From positions 23,372,709 through 23,436,708 of the forward strand of contig OZ316894.1 of NCBI GenBank assembly GCA_973895155.1: a DNA stretch of 64,000 nucleotides, written 5' to 3'. Source of the DNA: Marsupella aquatica (lineage: Eukaryota > Plantae > Marchantiophyta). The translations under genes were made by a program, and so were the position numbers. Below, in pieces: positions 62,379-64,000 of this stretch (position 1 is its first letter; each line of letters begins with the position of its first letter). The notes beneath the pieces are model-generated. The model was not told the DNA's origin and searched no databases. It saw nothing but the letters and a program-made list of their open reading frames with translations.

Positions 62379-62941
62379 TCAAGGCCCAAGGTCTAGAGAA
62401 TCATTATCCAAGCAAACTTTTTTTCTACATCTCACAGGAATAGCATCTCGGTCATGAGTTGATGGTCCTGTACTATTTGACACGTATGATGTATCTATTG
62501 CATTAAATGGAATTTTTCCATCCAACACATGTGTCTGTCCTGAATCTATCCTCCGGTAAATAAACCTTGAAAGGTTAGGAGAAATAGGAACTAAAGGTTC
62601 TCGTGCTACTTTCACAACTTTTCTCTCTCGTACATTCTCAAAAAAGTCTGGTTTGTGCTTCTGTCCTCTCCTCTGTAGGATCTGAATGGCCTCAAATTGC
62701 AAGCCTTCCAAGGTCTTGTTGTCTCTATGAACCTGCTCATTTTCCGCTTTCAACCTCTCAATCTCATGCTTCAGTTGTTGGGTCTCTCTACCAGGGTTTT
62801 GGAGTTTGACACCTCCTTCAACAAGGCAGGCCATAGCTCCTCACAAAACATGGACTCCATGTGAGTGAAGTATTCTTTCGTCTCTTTACACTTTTCCAAA
62901 TACATCTTAGCAAGATCCTTCAAGTTATCTCTGCTAGCCAT
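62379..62941 (-). pseudogene. Small coiled-coil protein of unknown function, with a probable 1-bp frameshift near 62785 and a spliced 5'UTR
   Basis: MASRDNLKDLAKMYLEK... continues as ETQQLKHEIERLKAENEQ in the adjacent frame. Acceptor ttttcctttcag at ~62958; CT-rich leader at ~63220-63480. Confidence 0.5.
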
Positions 62942-63379
62942 TGTGTCCAACCTGACCCTGAAAGGAAAAACCAAATTTGACACTAAAGTTTGCATGAATA
63001 GTTTAATATATAGCCTGCTCGGTATGTACAAGGTTGGTGCATACAAGTACTCATAATTCGTGCACAAGTCTGTCTACCTACCACAAAGGCAAAGAGTAGT
63101 CACAAACTACAATTGTGCACTCGCTCTTCATGGCCTCCTTGTCAGTTTCGAACTAAATTTTTTGCCTTCTAGTACATGGCCAATTTTACAAGTACTGTTA
63201 CAGTTTGGATTATTTACTCTCTCCTAGTGAAACTTGTCTATGAACGCGAGTAGAGAGTATAGTCGGGGTTCTGGTCTCTGCAGTACTAATCGGGGCCCAA
63301 AGCAGTTCACGGAATGAAAGGCACTGAAGTCTATGACTTCATAGACTCTCCACATAAATGATCGAGTTCCAGTCGAAAG

Positions 63380-63475
63380 CAAGGAAGTGAGATGAAGTGA
63401 AGTGAGATGAAGTGAAGTGAGGACAGGAAGCGAACGGAAAGGAAAGGAAAGGGAAGGAAGAAAGGAAGGAAGGAA
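63380..63475. repeat. Purine-rich microsatellites (gtgaa/gatgaa)n and (ggaa)n
   Basis: Directly visible. Confidence 0.85.
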
Positions 63476-64000
63476 CACCAACGACGCAGCGCAGCTGGGT
63501 CTGCTGCTGCTGCTGCCTCAGGGCTTTACTGAGAGAGCTGAATTTTTTCAACCATATGTGCGATGCAAGAGCCTAACAATTCTACAGCGCTATCAAACAG
63601 AAATCAGGATCGAATTGAATGTCGCTGCAAACATTCAATGTGATGGCGAAATTCAATACTTCACATGCGGAGCTTCGTATATGACAGAAACACAGGGATC
63701 TCCAAACCTTGGTTCTTAGATCGAGTCCACAGCAAATCGTTGGCTCCTGGATGATTGACAATGTTCTCCACAGACTATCCTGCACCGGTGCTAGAATGAC
63801 GTACAACGCTCTTCTTGCCAATCGTGAATTGTTGATGCAATAATGCTGACAGCCTTCCCGAGATTCAATTTGCATGAGAACTCAATTCGCAGCCTTCAAT
63901 CGTTTGCATTTTTCACCTTCAATTTGCAGCCTGTCTGTGTATTTCTACGTCCGTGAAGGTGAGCGATCATGTCTTGACAACCATATGCAGGGGCTCCTGG

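Overview
This is eukaryotic DNA with spliceosomal introns and many transposon remnants. It is land-plant sequence and probably a bryophyte or liverwort (an inference from gene and TE style). The left half carries two tandemly duplicated G-type lectin (S-domain) non-RD receptor-like kinase genes (9171-12114, 16698-20005) and a six-exon plastid FATTY ACID EXPORT (FAX/Tmemb_14) gene (21998-25258). Around them lie solo-LTR-like copies, a Mutator-type MITE, LINE fragments and minisatellites. The right quarter is a nest of DNA transposons. A decayed PIF/Harbinger element (DDE transposase plus convergent Myb/SANT gene) is followed by an ~11 kb module (~50.9-62.0 kb). In that module a Mutator-like SWIM transposase gene sits divergently from a four-exon, ~1110-codon gene. 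That gene fuses a ParB/Srx-like N-terminal domain (DGNHR) to a C-terminal beta-class N6A/N4C DNA-methyltransferase-like domain. The module carries about 18 copies of a 15-bp palindrome, TAGCGCCNGGCGCTA, found only in introns and intergenic DNA. This ParB-MTase, parS-like palindrome and transposase combination is the most novel signal in the window. Family assignments come from motif recognition by eye, not from database searches.
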